Positions 1 to 12,212 of a DNA stretch of 43,273 nucleotides are shown here, in pieces. This DNA comes from Clostridia bacterium (GTDB lineage Bacteria; Bacillota; Clostridia; RGIG6154). Numbering within the stretch: position 1 is the stretch's first letter; each line of letters starts with the position of its first letter. Location of the stretch: assembly GCA_045589295.1 (NCBI GenBank), contig JAZNOU010000003.1:1-43273 (forward strand), read 5' to 3'. The position numbers and the translations under genes are program-made. The notes beneath the pieces were generated by a model, which had not been told where the DNA came from, searched no databases, and worked only from the letters and a program-made list of their open reading frames with translations.

Positions 1-135
1 ACCCGCGGGACCCATTTATGGGTAGTAAGTAGCAGTTGCATGGCTGGCAGGCCAATAAAAAACGCACTTGTGCGTCGCCAGTAGCATTAGGGCTATGCCC
101 GAAAATGAAAAACCACCCGCTATGCGGGTGGATAT
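1..135 (+). mobile_element. Right end of an IS200/IS605-family insertion sequence (C-terminus of TnpA plus subterminal hairpin), truncated by the window start
   Basis: Frame 3..32 reads PRDPFMGSK*, matching the DPF(T/M)GSK-type C-terminus recalled for Firmicute IS200 TnpA. A GC-rich perfect hairpin CCACCCGC-TAT-GCGGGTGG lies at 113-131, as expected for an IS200 subterminal hairpin. The GC-rich segment ends abruptly just before the galE stop. Confidence 0.65.
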
Positions 136-144
136 TTATTAAAT

Positions 145-1158
145 TTATTTTTTATAACCATTTGGATTCTGTGTTTGCCATTTCCACAAATCACGACACA
201 TATCTTCTAAAGTATGTGTAGCAACAAAACCCAATTCATCTTTTGCTTTTGTTGGATCTGCATAGCAACTCGCAATGTCTCCTGGTCTTCGGTCTGTAAT
301 TTTATATTTTACATCTACACCACTTGCTTTTGAAAAAGCTTTAACCATATCCAAAACACTGTAGCCCGTACCAGTTCCTAAATTATAAATAACAACGCCA
401 ACGTCATTTTTAATTTTATCCAAGGCTTTTAAATGTCCATTTGCCAAATCAACAACATGAATGTAATCACGTACACCTGTACCGTCTTTTGTGTCATAAT
501 CGCCACCAAAAACTGATAACTGTTCAAGCTTACCAATGGCAACTTGTGAAATATATGGCATAAGGTTATTAGGAATACCAGATGGGTCTTCACCAATTTT
601 TCCGCTTTCGTGTGAACCAACAGGATTGAAATATCTTAAAATTGCAATATCCCATTCATTATCCGACTTATATATATCTTTGAGGATATATTCTATCATA
701 AGTTTTGTCTGTCCATATGGATTTGTAGCAGAGAGCGGGAAATCTTCTTTAATTGGAACAGTATGTGGATCACCATAAACAGTAGCCGAAGAACTAAATA
801 CAAGTTTTTTAACGCCGTGTTTTGACATAATGTCACACAAATTAAGCGTTCCTGTTATATTGTTATGATAGTATCTTATAGGAATTCTTACGCTTTCCCC
901 TACGGCCTTTAACCCTGCAAAATGGATAACGGCATCAAACTTATTTTCTTCAAAAACTTTATTTGTTGCTTCATAATCAAGTAAGTCAACTTTATAAAAT
1001 TTAACTTTCTTACCTGTTATTTCCTCAACACGATCCAAAGAAACCTCGCAGCTGTTATCAAGGTTATCCAAAACAGTAACATCATATCCTGCTTCTAAAA
1101 GCAAAACACAAGTATGACTGCCTATGTAACCGGCACCACCTGTAACTAAAATATTCAT
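145..1158 (-). CDS. galE: UDP-glucose 4-epimerase
   Basis: N-terminal [10 protein letters not shown] Rossmann motif; FSSSATVYG; YGQTK (YxxxK); LRYFNPVG; GVRDYIHV. Confidence 0.97.
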   Translation of the reverse strand: MNILVTGGAGYIGSHTCVLLLEAGYDVTVLDNLDNSCEVSLDRVEEITGKKVKFYKVDLLDYEATNKVFEENKFDAVIHFAGLKAVGESVRIPIRYYHNNITGTLNLCDIMSKHGVKKLVFSSSATVYGDPHTVPIKEDFPLSATNPYGQTKLMIEYILKDIYKSDNEWDIAILRYFNPVGSHESGKIGEDPSGIPNNLMPYISQVAIGKLEQLSVFGGDYDTKDGTGVRDYIHVVDLANGHLKALDKIKNDVGVVIYNLGTGTGYSVLDMVKAFSKASGVDVKYKITDRRPGDIASCYADPTKAKDELGFVATHTLEDMCRDLWKWQTQNPNGYKK

Positions 1159-1170
1159 CTTTCTTCCTCC

Positions 1171-1641
1171 TTAAATAACTCTGATTGATTCAATAACCTG
1201 ATCATTTACAGGTCTGTCCATATAATTACACTCTGTTGCAGCAATTTCATCCAACACCTCAAATCCTTCAACAAGTTTTCCAAAAGCAGCATAGCTTCCG
1301 TCTAAATGCGGAGCATCCATATGCATAATAAAAAACTGTGAACCCGCAGAGTTGGGATTTTGCGCGCGAGCCATAGAAATAACGCCACGGGTATGTTTTA
1401 AATCATTTTTAATTCCGTTTGCGGCAAATTCACCAACGATAGAATATCCCGGGCCACCCATGCCTGACCCTTCAGGACATCCACCCTGAATCATAAAACC
1501 TTCAATTACTCTGTGAAATATTAAACCGTCATAAAACTTTTTTTCAATTAAAGATAAAAAGTTTTCAACAGTTTTAGGAGCAATATCAGGATACAGTTCC
1601 AATTTCATTTCTTTTCCGTTTTTCATTTTAATGCAAATCAT
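1171..1641 (-). CDS. Cyclophilin-type peptidyl-prolyl cis-trans isomerase
   Basis: FHRVIEGFMIQGG, ISMAR, NSAGSQFFI, HLDGSYAAFG motifs. Start moved from 1650 to the ATG at 1641, which follows the SD-like GGAAAGGA. Confidence 0.95.
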   Translation of the reverse strand: MICIKMKNGKEMKLELYPDIAPKTVENFLSLIEKKFYDGLIFHRVIEGFMIQGGCPEGSGMGGPGYSIVGEFAANGIKNDLKHTRGVISMARAQNPNSAGSQFFIMHMDAPHLDGSYAAFGKLVEGFEVLDEIAATECNYMDRPVNDQVIESIRVI

Positions 1642-2878
1642 TTTCAACATCCTTTCCTAATATGGTAAGCCTTGCTATATTTAAAGCATTACATGCTGCA
1701 AGTTCTCTGTTCTTATTTCTATCACCTTTAAAAATAAATTTGTAAGCCCGAGAAACATCATTATAAGAAACACCGATATATGTTAGTCCCAGGGGTTTTT
1801 CATCAGTTCCACCAGTCGGACCTGAAATACCAGTTACAGATAATCCAATATCTGCACCTGAAACTTTTTTAACACCATTTGCCATTTCAATTGCGGTTTG
1901 ACTGCTTACCGCACCAAAATCATTTAATGTTTTTTCACTAACATCCAAGTTTTTGTGTTTTGTTTCATTGGAATATGTTACATAACTTTCACAAAAAACC
2001 TCTGATGCACCTGAAACTTCACCTATTTTTGATGCAATTAGACCTGCAGTGCAAGATTCGGCAATTGAAATCTTCAAATTATTCTTTTTGAGCAAATCAA
2101 CTATTACAGATTGTAAGCTGTCTTCATCTTCTCCATAGACAGCACTTCCTAGTTTTGAACGAATTTTACTCACTGTTTCGCAAATTAATTCATCTGCTTG
2201 TTCGGTGCTATCAGCCTTTGCAGTTACTCTAAAACAAGCTTCTGTTTTTTTTGCATAAGGTGCTATTGTTGGATTTGTTTGAGTATCAATAATATCCTTG
2301 AGCATATATTCAGCATTGGATTCACCAATACCAAACACACGTACAAATTTTGATTTAATTATACCGCCACATTTTTTCATCAAATATGGTTTAACTGATT
2401 CCTCAAACATTGGCCCCATTTCGTAAGGTGGTCCAGGCAAAACAACCACAATCTTTTCACCGTTATCGTACAAACATCCAGGTGCAGTTCCGTTGTTATT
2501 TTGAAGAACAAGACCTCCATCAAGCACATATGCTTGCTTTTTATTCGTTGGAGACATATATCTGTTTTTAAAATGTTCAACAATTTTATCGTAACTTTCC
2601 TGATGAAAAATAAGTTTGACCCCCAGGGTTTCTGCGACAGATTCTTTTGTAATATCATCTTCCGTCGGGCCAAGACCGCCGGTTAGTATAATAATATCTG
2701 CCCGATTAAACGCCAATTTTATTGCGTCTTTTAATCTATCTTCATTATCACCAACTACACACTGATGATATATACTTATACCAAGTGCAGATAACTCTTG
2801 AGAAAGATACTGTGCATTGGTGTTTAAAATATCACCTAATAAAATTTCTGTACCAACCGCAATAATTTCACAATTCAA
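1628..2878 (-). CDS. cinA: Competence/damage-inducible protein CinA (MoCF-like domain plus NMN deamidase domain)
   Basis: AVGTEILLG..NTNA, TGGLGPTEDD, LPGPP, and C-terminal AESCTAG and GAVS motifs; TTG start after GAGGGG. Confidence 0.95.
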   Translation of the reverse strand: MNCEIIAVGTEILLGDILNTNAQYLSQELSALGISIYHQCVVGDNEDRLKDAIKLAFNRADIIILTGGLGPTEDDITKESVAETLGVKLIFHQESYDKIVEHFKNRYMSPTNKKQAYVLDGGLVLQNNNGTAPGCLYDNGEKIVVVLPGPPYEMGPMFEESVKPYLMKKCGGIIKSKFVRVFGIGESNAEYMLKDIIDTQTNPTIAPYAKKTEACFRVTAKADSTEQADELICETVSKIRSKLGSAVYGEDEDSLQSVIVDLLKKNNLKISIAESCTAGLIASKIGEVSGASEVFCESYVTYSNETKHKNLDVSEKTLNDFGAVSSQTAIEMANGVKKVSGADIGLSVTGISGPTGGTDEKPLGLTYIGVSYNDVSRAYKFIFKGDRNKNRELAACNALNIARLTILGKDVENDLH

Positions 2879-2891
2879 ATTAAATGCCCCC

Positions 2892-4061
2892 TCACGGATG
2901 AATATATATCGTTTCTAAATTATTAGTACATTCTTCAATGATAGAATCAATATCTAAAACCTGTTCAGACTTAACAATGTCAGAAAGTTTCGGCTTAGTT
3001 TTGGGATGCTTTGGTACAAACACAGTACAACAATCTTCAAATGGAAGAATCGATGTATCAAATGTTCCAATTTTATGTGCTAAAGTTACAATTTCTTCTT
3101 TATCCATTCCTATTAAAGGTCTGATAACAGGAAGGCTAGTTGCTGCATCAGTAACCCCTAAACTTTCTAACGTTTGGCTGGCAACCTGACCTATACTTTC
3201 TCCTGTAACTAAAGCAATTGAATTAGTATTTTCTGCAATTTTTTCTGTTATTTTCATCATAACACGTCGCATTATAATTGTAAGCTCGTCATCAGGGCAT
3301 TTCTCATATATTTCAAGCTGAGGTTTTGTAAAATGGACAATGTGCAAATTAAACGGGCCTGTATATTGAGAAACTATTTTGGCAAGTTCAATAACCTTGT
3401 CCTTTGCTCTTTCGCTTGTATATGGATGTGAATAAAAATGAACTGCATTTAATTCAACACCACGTTTAGCTGTCATATATCCTGCAACAGGACTGTCAAT
3501 TCCACCCGAAAGTAAAAGGGTTGCTTTACCATTACTGCCAACAGGCATACCGCCTGCTCCTTGAATTTTACCGGTATGAACATAAGCACCAAAATCACGA
3601 ATTTCTATATGAATAACTACATCAGGATTTTCAACATTAACTGACAAATGAGGAAATTTTTCTAAAATATATTCGCCTACTATTGCACAGATTTCAGGTG
3701 ATTTCATTGGGAATTGTTTATCAGATCTTTTGGAAGCGCACTTAAAAGTTTTTGCTGCCAACAATTGATTCTCAAAAATCTGTCCAATTATATCTTTTAT
3801 ACTTTCGAGTTTTTTTTCTGTTTCGTAACAACGCACAACCGAAGCTACACCAAATATTTTTTTCAAAAGCTCAACTGCTTTATCAATGTCTAAATTATCG
3901 CCTGGTGTAATATATATAGTGGATTGGGCTATTTTCATATCAAACTCACCCATATGTCTTAAGACACTTCTTACGTTTTTCATTAATCTTTTTTCAAATG
4001 TACGTCTGTTAAGTCCTTTTAAAACAATTTCTCCTAATTTAAGTAAAATAATCTGTTTCAT
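2892..4061 (-). CDS. thiI: tRNA 4-thiouridine synthase ThiI (short form, no rhodanese domain)
   Basis: GEIVLKG.NR N-terminus, THUMP region, PP-loop LLSGGIDSPVA, TGESIGQVASQT, EDCC. Confidence 0.96.
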   Translation of the reverse strand: MKQIILLKLGEIVLKGLNRRTFEKRLMKNVRSVLRHMGEFDMKIAQSTIYITPGDNLDIDKAVELLKKIFGVASVVRCYETEKKLESIKDIIGQIFENQLLAAKTFKCASKRSDKQFPMKSPEICAIVGEYILEKFPHLSVNVENPDVVIHIEIRDFGAYVHTGKIQGAGGMPVGSNGKATLLLSGGIDSPVAGYMTAKRGVELNAVHFYSHPYTSERAKDKVIELAKIVSQYTGPFNLHIVHFTKPQLEIYEKCPDDELTIIMRRVMMKITEKIAENTNSIALVTGESIGQVASQTLESLGVTDAATSLPVIRPLIGMDKEEIVTLAHKIGTFDTSILPFEDCCTVFVPKHPKTKPKLSDIVKSEQVLDIDSIIEECTNNLETIYIHP

Positions 4062-4069
4062 TTGCTACC

Positions 4070-5200
4070 TCATCTTCTGGTAAATTTTCTTAAAAATGCA
4101 ACACTTTGTACAATTACATCAATTGCATCATCTATTTCTTCTTTGGTATTAAATATTGAAAAGCTTACGCGGATTGTGCTTTCTGCTAATTTGCGTTCGA
4201 TGTGCATAGCGTCTAATACATAACTGATTTTTGTTGATTTAGAGTTGCATGCAGAACCTGTGGATACATAAATGCCTTTTTCCTCAAGTGTATGGAGCAA
4301 AACCTCTCCTCTTACGCCAGGGAACGACACACTGACAACATTAACAGAATTTTCTCCATTGAAGCAAACATCCGGAATTTTTTCAACAAGTTGAGTTTTA
4401 AAATATTCACACAAATCTCTTAAATATGATACATCTCTATAAAGATTATTGTATGAAATCTCTGCAGCTTTGGCCATGCCTAAAATTCCTTCAGTATTAT
4501 AAGTTCCCGAACGAACCCCTGCTTCTTGTCCACCACCAAATGAAATTTTAGAAAGTTTAACACCATTTTTCACAGCTAAAACTCCAATGCCTTTAGGTGC
4601 ATGTATTTTATGCCCCGAAATTGATATTAAATCAACATCAAGGTTTTTAAAATCATATTTTCCATATGCCTGCACCGCATCTGTGTGAATTATTGCATTT
4701 TTTGAAATAGAACGAATTTTTTCAATCGGTTGAAATGTTCCCGTTTCATTATTTGCAAGCATAATCGAAATCAAAATTGTGTCATCACGAACAGCGTTTT
4801 TTAGTTGTTCAAAATCGACAACACCATTACTATCAACATCAATATATGATACTTCAAATCCATTACTTTCTAAGTGCTTAAAGCAATCAAGCACGGCATG
4901 GTGTTCAATCTTAGAAGTTATTATATGCTTACCTTTTCTAGAATACGCATTTGCAACACCTAAAACAGCCATGTTATCTGCTTCTGTACCCCCAGAAGTA
5001 AAAATAATTTCATCTTGTTTGCAATTAAGGGTATCTGCAATTGTTTTTCTTGCAGAATTTATTAAACGCTCAACTGAAATGCCCGCTGAATGAAGTGCAG
5101 AAGGATTTGCATAATGCGTTGTCATTGTATTAATAACAATATCTTTAACCTCATCATATGGCCTTGTTGTTGCGCAGTTATCAAAATATATTGTACTCAA
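4070..5200 (-). CDS. iscS: Cysteine desulfurase (IscS/NifZ-like sulfur donor for ThiI)
   Basis: YFDNCATT, FTSGGTEADN, EHHAV, SGHKIH (PLP lysine), STGSAC (catalytic Cys); lies directly upstream of thiI like B. subtilis nifZ-thiI. Confidence 0.92.
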   Translation of the reverse strand: MSTIYFDNCATTRPYDEVKDIVINTMTTHYANPSALHSAGISVERLINSARKTIADTLNCKQDEIIFTSGGTEADNMAVLGVANAYSRKGKHIITSKIEHHAVLDCFKHLESNGFEVSYIDVDSNGVVDFEQLKNAVRDDTILISIMLANNETGTFQPIEKIRSISKNAIIHTDAVQAYGKYDFKNLDVDLISISGHKIHAPKGIGVLAVKNGVKLSKISFGGGQEAGVRSGTYNTEGILGMAKAAEISYNNLYRDVSYLRDLCEYFKTQLVEKIPDVCFNGENSVNVVSVSFPGVRGEVLLHTLEEKGIYVSTGSACNSKSTKISYVLDAMHIERKLAESTIRVSFSIFNTKEEIDDAIDVIVQSVAFLRKFTRR

Positions 5201-5228
5201 AAAAACACCCCATTATAAACTGCAATCT

Positions 5229-7214
<1,986 letters not shown>

Positions 7215-7262
7215 TTACTCCCCGTTTCCTAATCAGTATACCTTATTAGTATATCACAAAAT

Positions 7263-7958
7263 TTAGTTTTCTGCAAGCTGTAAAACAGTATCTGCCATAT
7301 TATCATCATTGGTTGTAACATTAGTATATGATTGCGGAACTTCTCCCACTATTACCGTTTGTGCAACAGGTATTGAAGATGCAACAAAATGCTCTGTTTG
7401 AATGCCAGGCATCACAATTAAAACTTTTATTTTATAATTTATGTCAATTTGATGTTTTGATTGATTTACACCAACAGAAACAAACGTATTTTCTACATCT
7501 GCACTTATTATACCAATAGGTTTTAGCTTTATGTACACATAAGGACCAATCTCTGACAAAAACGGATTATTTAAAAACGATAACAACGAAATCCCGAATT
7601 TTTCACTTCTAACTTCCTGTAACCGCTTTGAAATTTCACTTACAAACTCTGATTTAAACTTATTAACTATAATTGTATTTGTTTCTACTCCAGAAATATC
7701 CCCAGCTTCATTTTTAATTATAGTAACAAAACTTCCATATTCTCTACTTTCAACAAGATTAAGCACAACATCGTTTGACATCTTTTGTATAACATTATTT
7801 GTTTTTGCTATTGCAGATGACACAATAAATGGCTTATACATCCTAGTAAAAAAGCCACTCGCTACTATCCCAAACATAGCGCAAATAACAAGGATTGCGA
7901 TTATCTTTTTGATATGTAACACTTTAAATGATATGTTATTTCTAATATATAAGCGCAT
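7263..7958 (-). CDS. yunB: Sporulation protein YunB
   Basis: N-terminal TM helix; F.SVGVNQSKHQI and IPVAQTVIVGEVPQSY motifs typical of YunB. Confidence 0.88.
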   Translation of the reverse strand: MRLYIRNNISFKVLHIKKIIAILVICAMFGIVASGFFTRMYKPFIVSSAIAKTNNVIQKMSNDVVLNLVESREYGSFVTIIKNEAGDISGVETNTIIVNKFKSEFVSEISKRLQEVRSEKFGISLLSFLNNPFLSEIGPYVYIKLKPIGIISADVENTFVSVGVNQSKHQIDINYKIKVLIVMPGIQTEHFVASSIPVAQTVIVGEVPQSYTNVTTNDDNMADTVLQLAEN

Positions 7959-8009
7959 AATATCACCATATATATTATATGAATTTTAAATCATAAATTT
8001 ACAAAGAAT

Positions 8010-8033
8010 AAAGCCATCTTGCGATGGCTTTTT
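8010..8033. terminator. Intrinsic terminator downstream of uxaC
   Basis: AAAGCCATC-TTGC-GATGGCTTT stem-loop with A/T flanks, a few nt beyond the uxaC stop. Confidence 0.75.
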
Positions 8034-8037
8034 ATAA

Positions 8038-9405
8038 TTACAATTTGAAATATTCCTTTGCGTTATAATACGAAACGCCCTGTACAATAGTTTTTAACAT
8101 ATCAAAATCCGCAGGATATTCGCCGTTTTCTACCCAAGTACCGACAAGATTACAGAAAATACGTCTAAAATACTCATGGCGTGTGTAAGACACGAAACTT
8201 CTTGAGTCAGTAAGCATACCGACAAATCTGCCTAAAAGGCCGAGATTACCCAAAGCCTTCATTTGTTCCTGCATTCCGTCTTTCTGGTCATTAAACCACC
8301 AACCCGAGCCAAACTGAATTTTTCCGGGAGTTGGTGCTTTTTGAAAATTGCCAAGCATTGTTCCCAAAACATAGTTATCTTTTGGATTTAAAGTGTATAA
8401 AATAGTCTTTGGTAAACAATCATCAATCTCTAAAGAGTTTAAGAAAGACGAAAGTTTTTCTGCAATACAAAGGTCATTAATAGAGTCAAATCCAACATCA
8501 GGCCCCATTTTTTCATACATTTTACTATTGTTGTTTCTAAGTGCTCCAATATGAAGCTGCATAGCCCAATCAAGCTTCACATATTCTTTGGCACAAATTT
8601 TAAGCACATAGGTTTTGAAAATATCAATTTCTGTATCTGTTAATTCCTCGCCTGCAACTTTTTTATCGTAAACTGCCTTAGCATCCCCTTCTGCATAAGG
8701 AACATATTCTAAAGCATGGTCTGACAAACGGCAGCCATTTTCATGGAAAAAGTGAAGTCTTTCCACTAATTTTGAACAAAATTCTTCAAAAGTTTTTACA
8801 CCCATTGTTTCCAAATAAGGTAAAAAGGTTTCTTTGCCAATTTCAACTGCCTTATCTGGTCTGAAGGTAGGTAAAACTTTTGTTTTAAAACCACTTTCTC
8901 TTATAGCTTTATGATATTCCAAAGTGTCCATAGGATCGTCTGTTGTGCAAATAGTATCTACATTTGATTTAAGGATAAGATTCCTTACTGAGAATTCATC
9001 TTTAGCCAAAAGCTCATTGCATCTTTCCCAAATAGATTTAGCTGTTTTGGGTGACAAAGTTTCATTTATACCAAAATATCTTTTTAACTCAAGATGCGTC
9101 CAATGATATAACGGATTACCAATTGCGTATGGTAGTGTTTCTGCCCACTTCTCAAATTTTTCGTAATCAGAAGACTTCCCTGTTATATATTTTTCATCAA
9201 TACCATTTGAACGCATTTGTCTCCATTTGTAATGGTCACCACCGAGCATAAGCTCTGTAATGTTTTTAAACTTTGCATCTTCAGCAATCATTTTAGGACT
9301 AATATGGCAATGATAGTCAATTATTGGTAAATCTTTTACAAAATTGTTGTAAAGCTTTTTTGCAGTCTTATTCTGAAGCATAAAACCAGAATTGATAAAA
9401 CTCAA
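8038..9405 (-). CDS. uxaC: Glucuronate/galacturonate (uronate) isomerase
   Basis: PIIDYHCH, GDHYKWR.MR, CTTDDP, QFGSGWWFND, GMLTDSRSF.SY.RHEYFRR. Confidence 0.97.
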   Translation of the reverse strand: MSFINSGFMLQNKTAKKLYNNFVKDLPIIDYHCHISPKMIAEDAKFKNITELMLGGDHYKWRQMRSNGIDEKYITGKSSDYEKFEKWAETLPYAIGNPLYHWTHLELKRYFGINETLSPKTAKSIWERCNELLAKDEFSVRNLILKSNVDTICTTDDPMDTLEYHKAIRESGFKTKVLPTFRPDKAVEIGKETFLPYLETMGVKTFEEFCSKLVERLHFFHENGCRLSDHALEYVPYAEGDAKAVYDKKVAGEELTDTEIDIFKTYVLKICAKEYVKLDWAMQLHIGALRNNNSKMYEKMGPDVGFDSINDLCIAEKLSSFLNSLEIDDCLPKTILYTLNPKDNYVLGTMLGNFQKAPTPGKIQFGSGWWFNDQKDGMQEQMKALGNLGLLGRFVGMLTDSRSFVSYTRHEYFRRIFCNLVGTWVENGEYPADFDMLKTIVQGVSYYNAKEYFKL

Positions 9406-10781
9406 AGTGTAACACCATCCTTAAAAATTGAAATTTCTCTATAACCATTTTTCTCATTATTAGTTAACTCGCCGTTTGCAACAGAAAGTATGTAGTCGAA
9501 AAGTTGTTTCGCTGTTGTTTCCATATCACCATTTTCCAGTACAACACCTGCATCAAAATCAATCCATGTTGGTTTTTTATCGGCAAGCGCGGAGTTTGTT
9601 GATATTTTAACGGTTGGAACATGTGAGCCAACAGGTGTTCCTCTTCCAGTTGTAAACAATATAATATGAGCACCACAAGCTGCAAGATTTGTTATTGCAA
9701 CAATATCATTACCAGGTCCATTCAAAAGATTTAATCCGTTTTTAACAGCTATGTCGCCATAATCTAAAACATCAACAACTTTTGAAAGTCCACCCTTTTG
9801 AACGCAACCAAGAGATTTTTCTTCTAAAGTTGTAATACCCCCAGCTTTGTTTCCTGGTGAAGGGTTTTCATATACAACCTGATCATGTTTAATAAAGTAC
9901 TTTTTGAAATCATTTATAAGAGCGACTGTCTTATCAAAAATCTCTTTACTTTCGCATCTTTCCATCAAAAGTTGCTCTGCACCAAACATTTCAGGAACTT
10001 CTGTTAAAACACTTGTTCCACCACGTGAAATAAGCATATCAGAAAAAGCGCCAACCAAAGGATTACCTGTAATTCCTGAGTAACCATCACTGCCACCGCA
10101 TTTTAAGCCAACCTTAAGTTTTGACACGGGAACATCTATGCGTTTAAAAGTATCGGCGTATGCCTTAAGTTCATTTACTATTTTAACGCCTTCTGCAACT
10201 TCATCTTCACATTCCTGAGCAATCAAAAACTTAACACGCTTAGGATTATATTCGCCAAGAACCTTTTTAAATGTTTCAACATTATTGTTTTCACAGCCTA
10301 ATCCCAAAACTAAAACGCCCGCTGCATTAGGGTGGTTAATAAGACCTCTTAAAACTTTTTGTGTTGTTGCCTGATCATCACCAAGCTGTGAACACCCGAA
10401 CGGATGAGTTATACTAATTGCTCCTGTAAGTTCAGCAATTTTATCAGAAACTTTGTTTACACAACCTACTGTATTAACAATCCAGATTTCATTTCTGATA
10501 CCTACATCGCCGTTTTCTCTTACATAACCTTTGAAAGTCACTCCGTCGTTTATTTCAGGAATATCATAAAACTTAGGATTATACTGATATTCTAATATAT
10601 CACTTAAATTTGTTTTAACATTATGTGTATGTACAGAATCGCCTTTTTTTATATCACAGATAGCATGTCCAATAGGACAACCGTATTTAACAATATTTTC
10701 ATCTGTGTTAATATCACAAAGAGCAACTTTATGACCTGTTTTTAAATCAACTTCAACATTATCCAGCTTATTAATTATCAT
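9402..10781 (-). CDS. uxaA: Altronate dehydratase
   Basis: N-terminal SAF domain (GHKVAL..VHTHN), HPFGCSQLGDD, GLKCGGSDG.SG, ENPSPGNKAGGITTLEEKSLG. Confidence 0.95.
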   Translation of the reverse strand: MIINKLDNVEVDLKTGHKVALCDINTDENIVKYGCPIGHAICDIKKGDSVHTHNVKTNLSDILEYQYNPKFYDIPEINDGVTFKGYVRENGDVGIRNEIWIVNTVGCVNKVSDKIAELTGAISITHPFGCSQLGDDQATTQKVLRGLINHPNAAGVLVLGLGCENNNVETFKKVLGEYNPKRVKFLIAQECEDEVAEGVKIVNELKAYADTFKRIDVPVSKLKVGLKCGGSDGYSGITGNPLVGAFSDMLISRGGTSVLTEVPEMFGAEQLLMERCESKEIFDKTVALINDFKKYFIKHDQVVYENPSPGNKAGGITTLEEKSLGCVQKGGLSKVVDVLDYGDIAVKNGLNLLNGPGNDIVAITNLAACGAHIILFTTGRGTPVGSHVPTVKISTNSALADKKPTWIDFDAGVVLENGDMETTAKQLFDYILSVANGELTNNEKNGYREISIFKDGVTL

Positions 10782-12078
10782 ATTTTTTCACCTCATCAAG
10801 TAAGAACGATAAATCTGTTCCCCAATATTCAGTTCTTGCCAAAATTTCTTCTGTTGATGCATTTTTCATAAATTCTTCAATATCCTTGTCGTCGTTAACC
10901 ATGTCAGTTTTGTAGAATTTAATAAGTGCACCCAAAGAAAGAATAAGTTCCTCTGGCATTTTATTATAACGTTTAATATATTCCAAAATTGAAGGTAAAA
11001 CTCTTACTTTAAACTTACTAACTGAATTTAATGCGATCGAAGAAAGAAAATGTTTAATGTACGGGTTTGCAAATCTTTCTACTACATTATCTGCATATTC
11101 AACAAGTTCAGATTTTGGCAAATCCAAAGTTGGGATAATTTCATCATAAATACATTTTTTAACATGGGCAAGCATCTTTTCATCATCAATGCAAGATTTA
11201 ACGGTATCAAAACCATTAAGCATTGCGTATGGAACAAGTGATGTGTGTGCACCATTTAAAATTCTAACTTTTCTGGTTTTATACATTGTAAGGTCATTTG
11301 TCCATATTACATTAAGACCTACCTTGTCAAATGGTAATTCGTCAGTAAGATATTCAGGACCTTCAATTACCCACAAATGGAAAACTTCTGAAGTGTTAAC
11401 CATATCATCTATGTAATCAAGACCCATATCCTCTTCTCTTGGATATCCAGTTACAATTCTGTCAACCAAAGTGTTACAAAATACATTTTCTTCCTTAATC
11501 CATGTAATAAAATCTGCCGGCAAATTCCATTCTGTAGCATACTGCAAAACTATGCGTTTTAAATTATCACCGCTGTTATCAATAAGTTCACATGGAATGA
11601 AAACAAAACCCGGAAGTTTTGCCTTAAATCTTTCATATAACAAAACAGCAACTTTTGCAGGAAAAGATTTCGGCGGGGTATCATTAAGCTTGTCACCCTC
11701 AACATAGGCAATGCCCGCTTCGGTTGTATTTGAAACAACAAATCTAAAATCAGGATTTAACGCAAGTTTTAAAAATTCATCGTAGTTGTCATAAGGTTTT
11801 ACGCATCTTGAGATAACATCAACAACATCTTTACGCACAACTGCCTGACCATTTTCAATACCACGCATAACGTGGGTATACATACAATCCTGTGCTGAAA
11901 GCTTATCACACATTCCTTGCTCAATAGGTTGTACAACAACTACACTTCCGTCATATTTACCGCTTTCATTAAGTTTTTGAAACATCCAATCAACAAAACC
12001 TCTCAAAAAGCCGCCTTCACCAAACTGAATAACTCTTTCAGGTCTTATAACCTTGGAAAACTTTTCATTTATTTTCAC
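10771..12078 (-). CDS. uxaB: Tagaturonate reductase (altronate oxidoreductase)
   Basis: QFGEGGFLRGF, SNTTEAGI, PCELI, NTLVDRIVTG, KVRILNGAHT. Start placed at the GTG at 12078, 9 nt after GAGGAGG (the ORF track uses 12096). Confidence 0.94.
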   Translation of the reverse strand: MKINEKFSKVIRPERVIQFGEGGFLRGFVDWMFQKLNESGKYDGSVVVVQPIEQGMCDKLSAQDCMYTHVMRGIENGQAVVRKDVVDVISRCVKPYDNYDEFLKLALNPDFRFVVSNTTEAGIAYVEGDKLNDTPPKSFPAKVAVLLYERFKAKLPGFVFIPCELIDNSGDNLKRIVLQYATEWNLPADFITWIKEENVFCNTLVDRIVTGYPREEDMGLDYIDDMVNTSEVFHLWVIEGPEYLTDELPFDKVGLNVIWTNDLTMYKTRKVRILNGAHTSLVPYAMLNGFDTVKSCIDDEKMLAHVKKCIYDEIIPTLDLPKSELVEYADNVVERFANPYIKHFLSSIALNSVSKFKVRVLPSILEYIKRYNKMPEELILSLGALIKFYKTDMVNDDKDIEEFMKNASTEEILARTEYWGTDLSFLLDEVKKYDN

Positions 12079-12124
12079 TTTAAACATCCTCCTCATTGTC
12101 TACACTGCAAAAATTTATAGTTGT

Positions 12125-12153
12125 ATTTTACCATAAAATATACTATATTTCAA
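12125..12153 (-). promoter_or_regulatory. Sigma-A promoter of the uxaBAC operon
   Basis: Minus strand reads TTGAAA-17 nt-TAAAAT with an extended -10 TG. Confidence 0.6.
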
Positions 12154-12174
12154 TAGCTATTGTAAAATAATTTT

Positions 12175-12212
12175 ATGAAATAAAGCACCCAAAACCGGGT
12201 GCTTTATTTCAT
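12175..12212. terminator. Intrinsic terminator after mglC
   Basis: 16-bp inverted repeat ATGAAATAAAGCACCC / GGGTGCTTTATTTCAT overlapping the mglC stop. Confidence 0.8.

Noticed and set aside
36-221. 61-aa plus-strand ORF
   Set aside because: Runs through the IS-like hairpins and antisense into galE; no SD and no recognisable motif.
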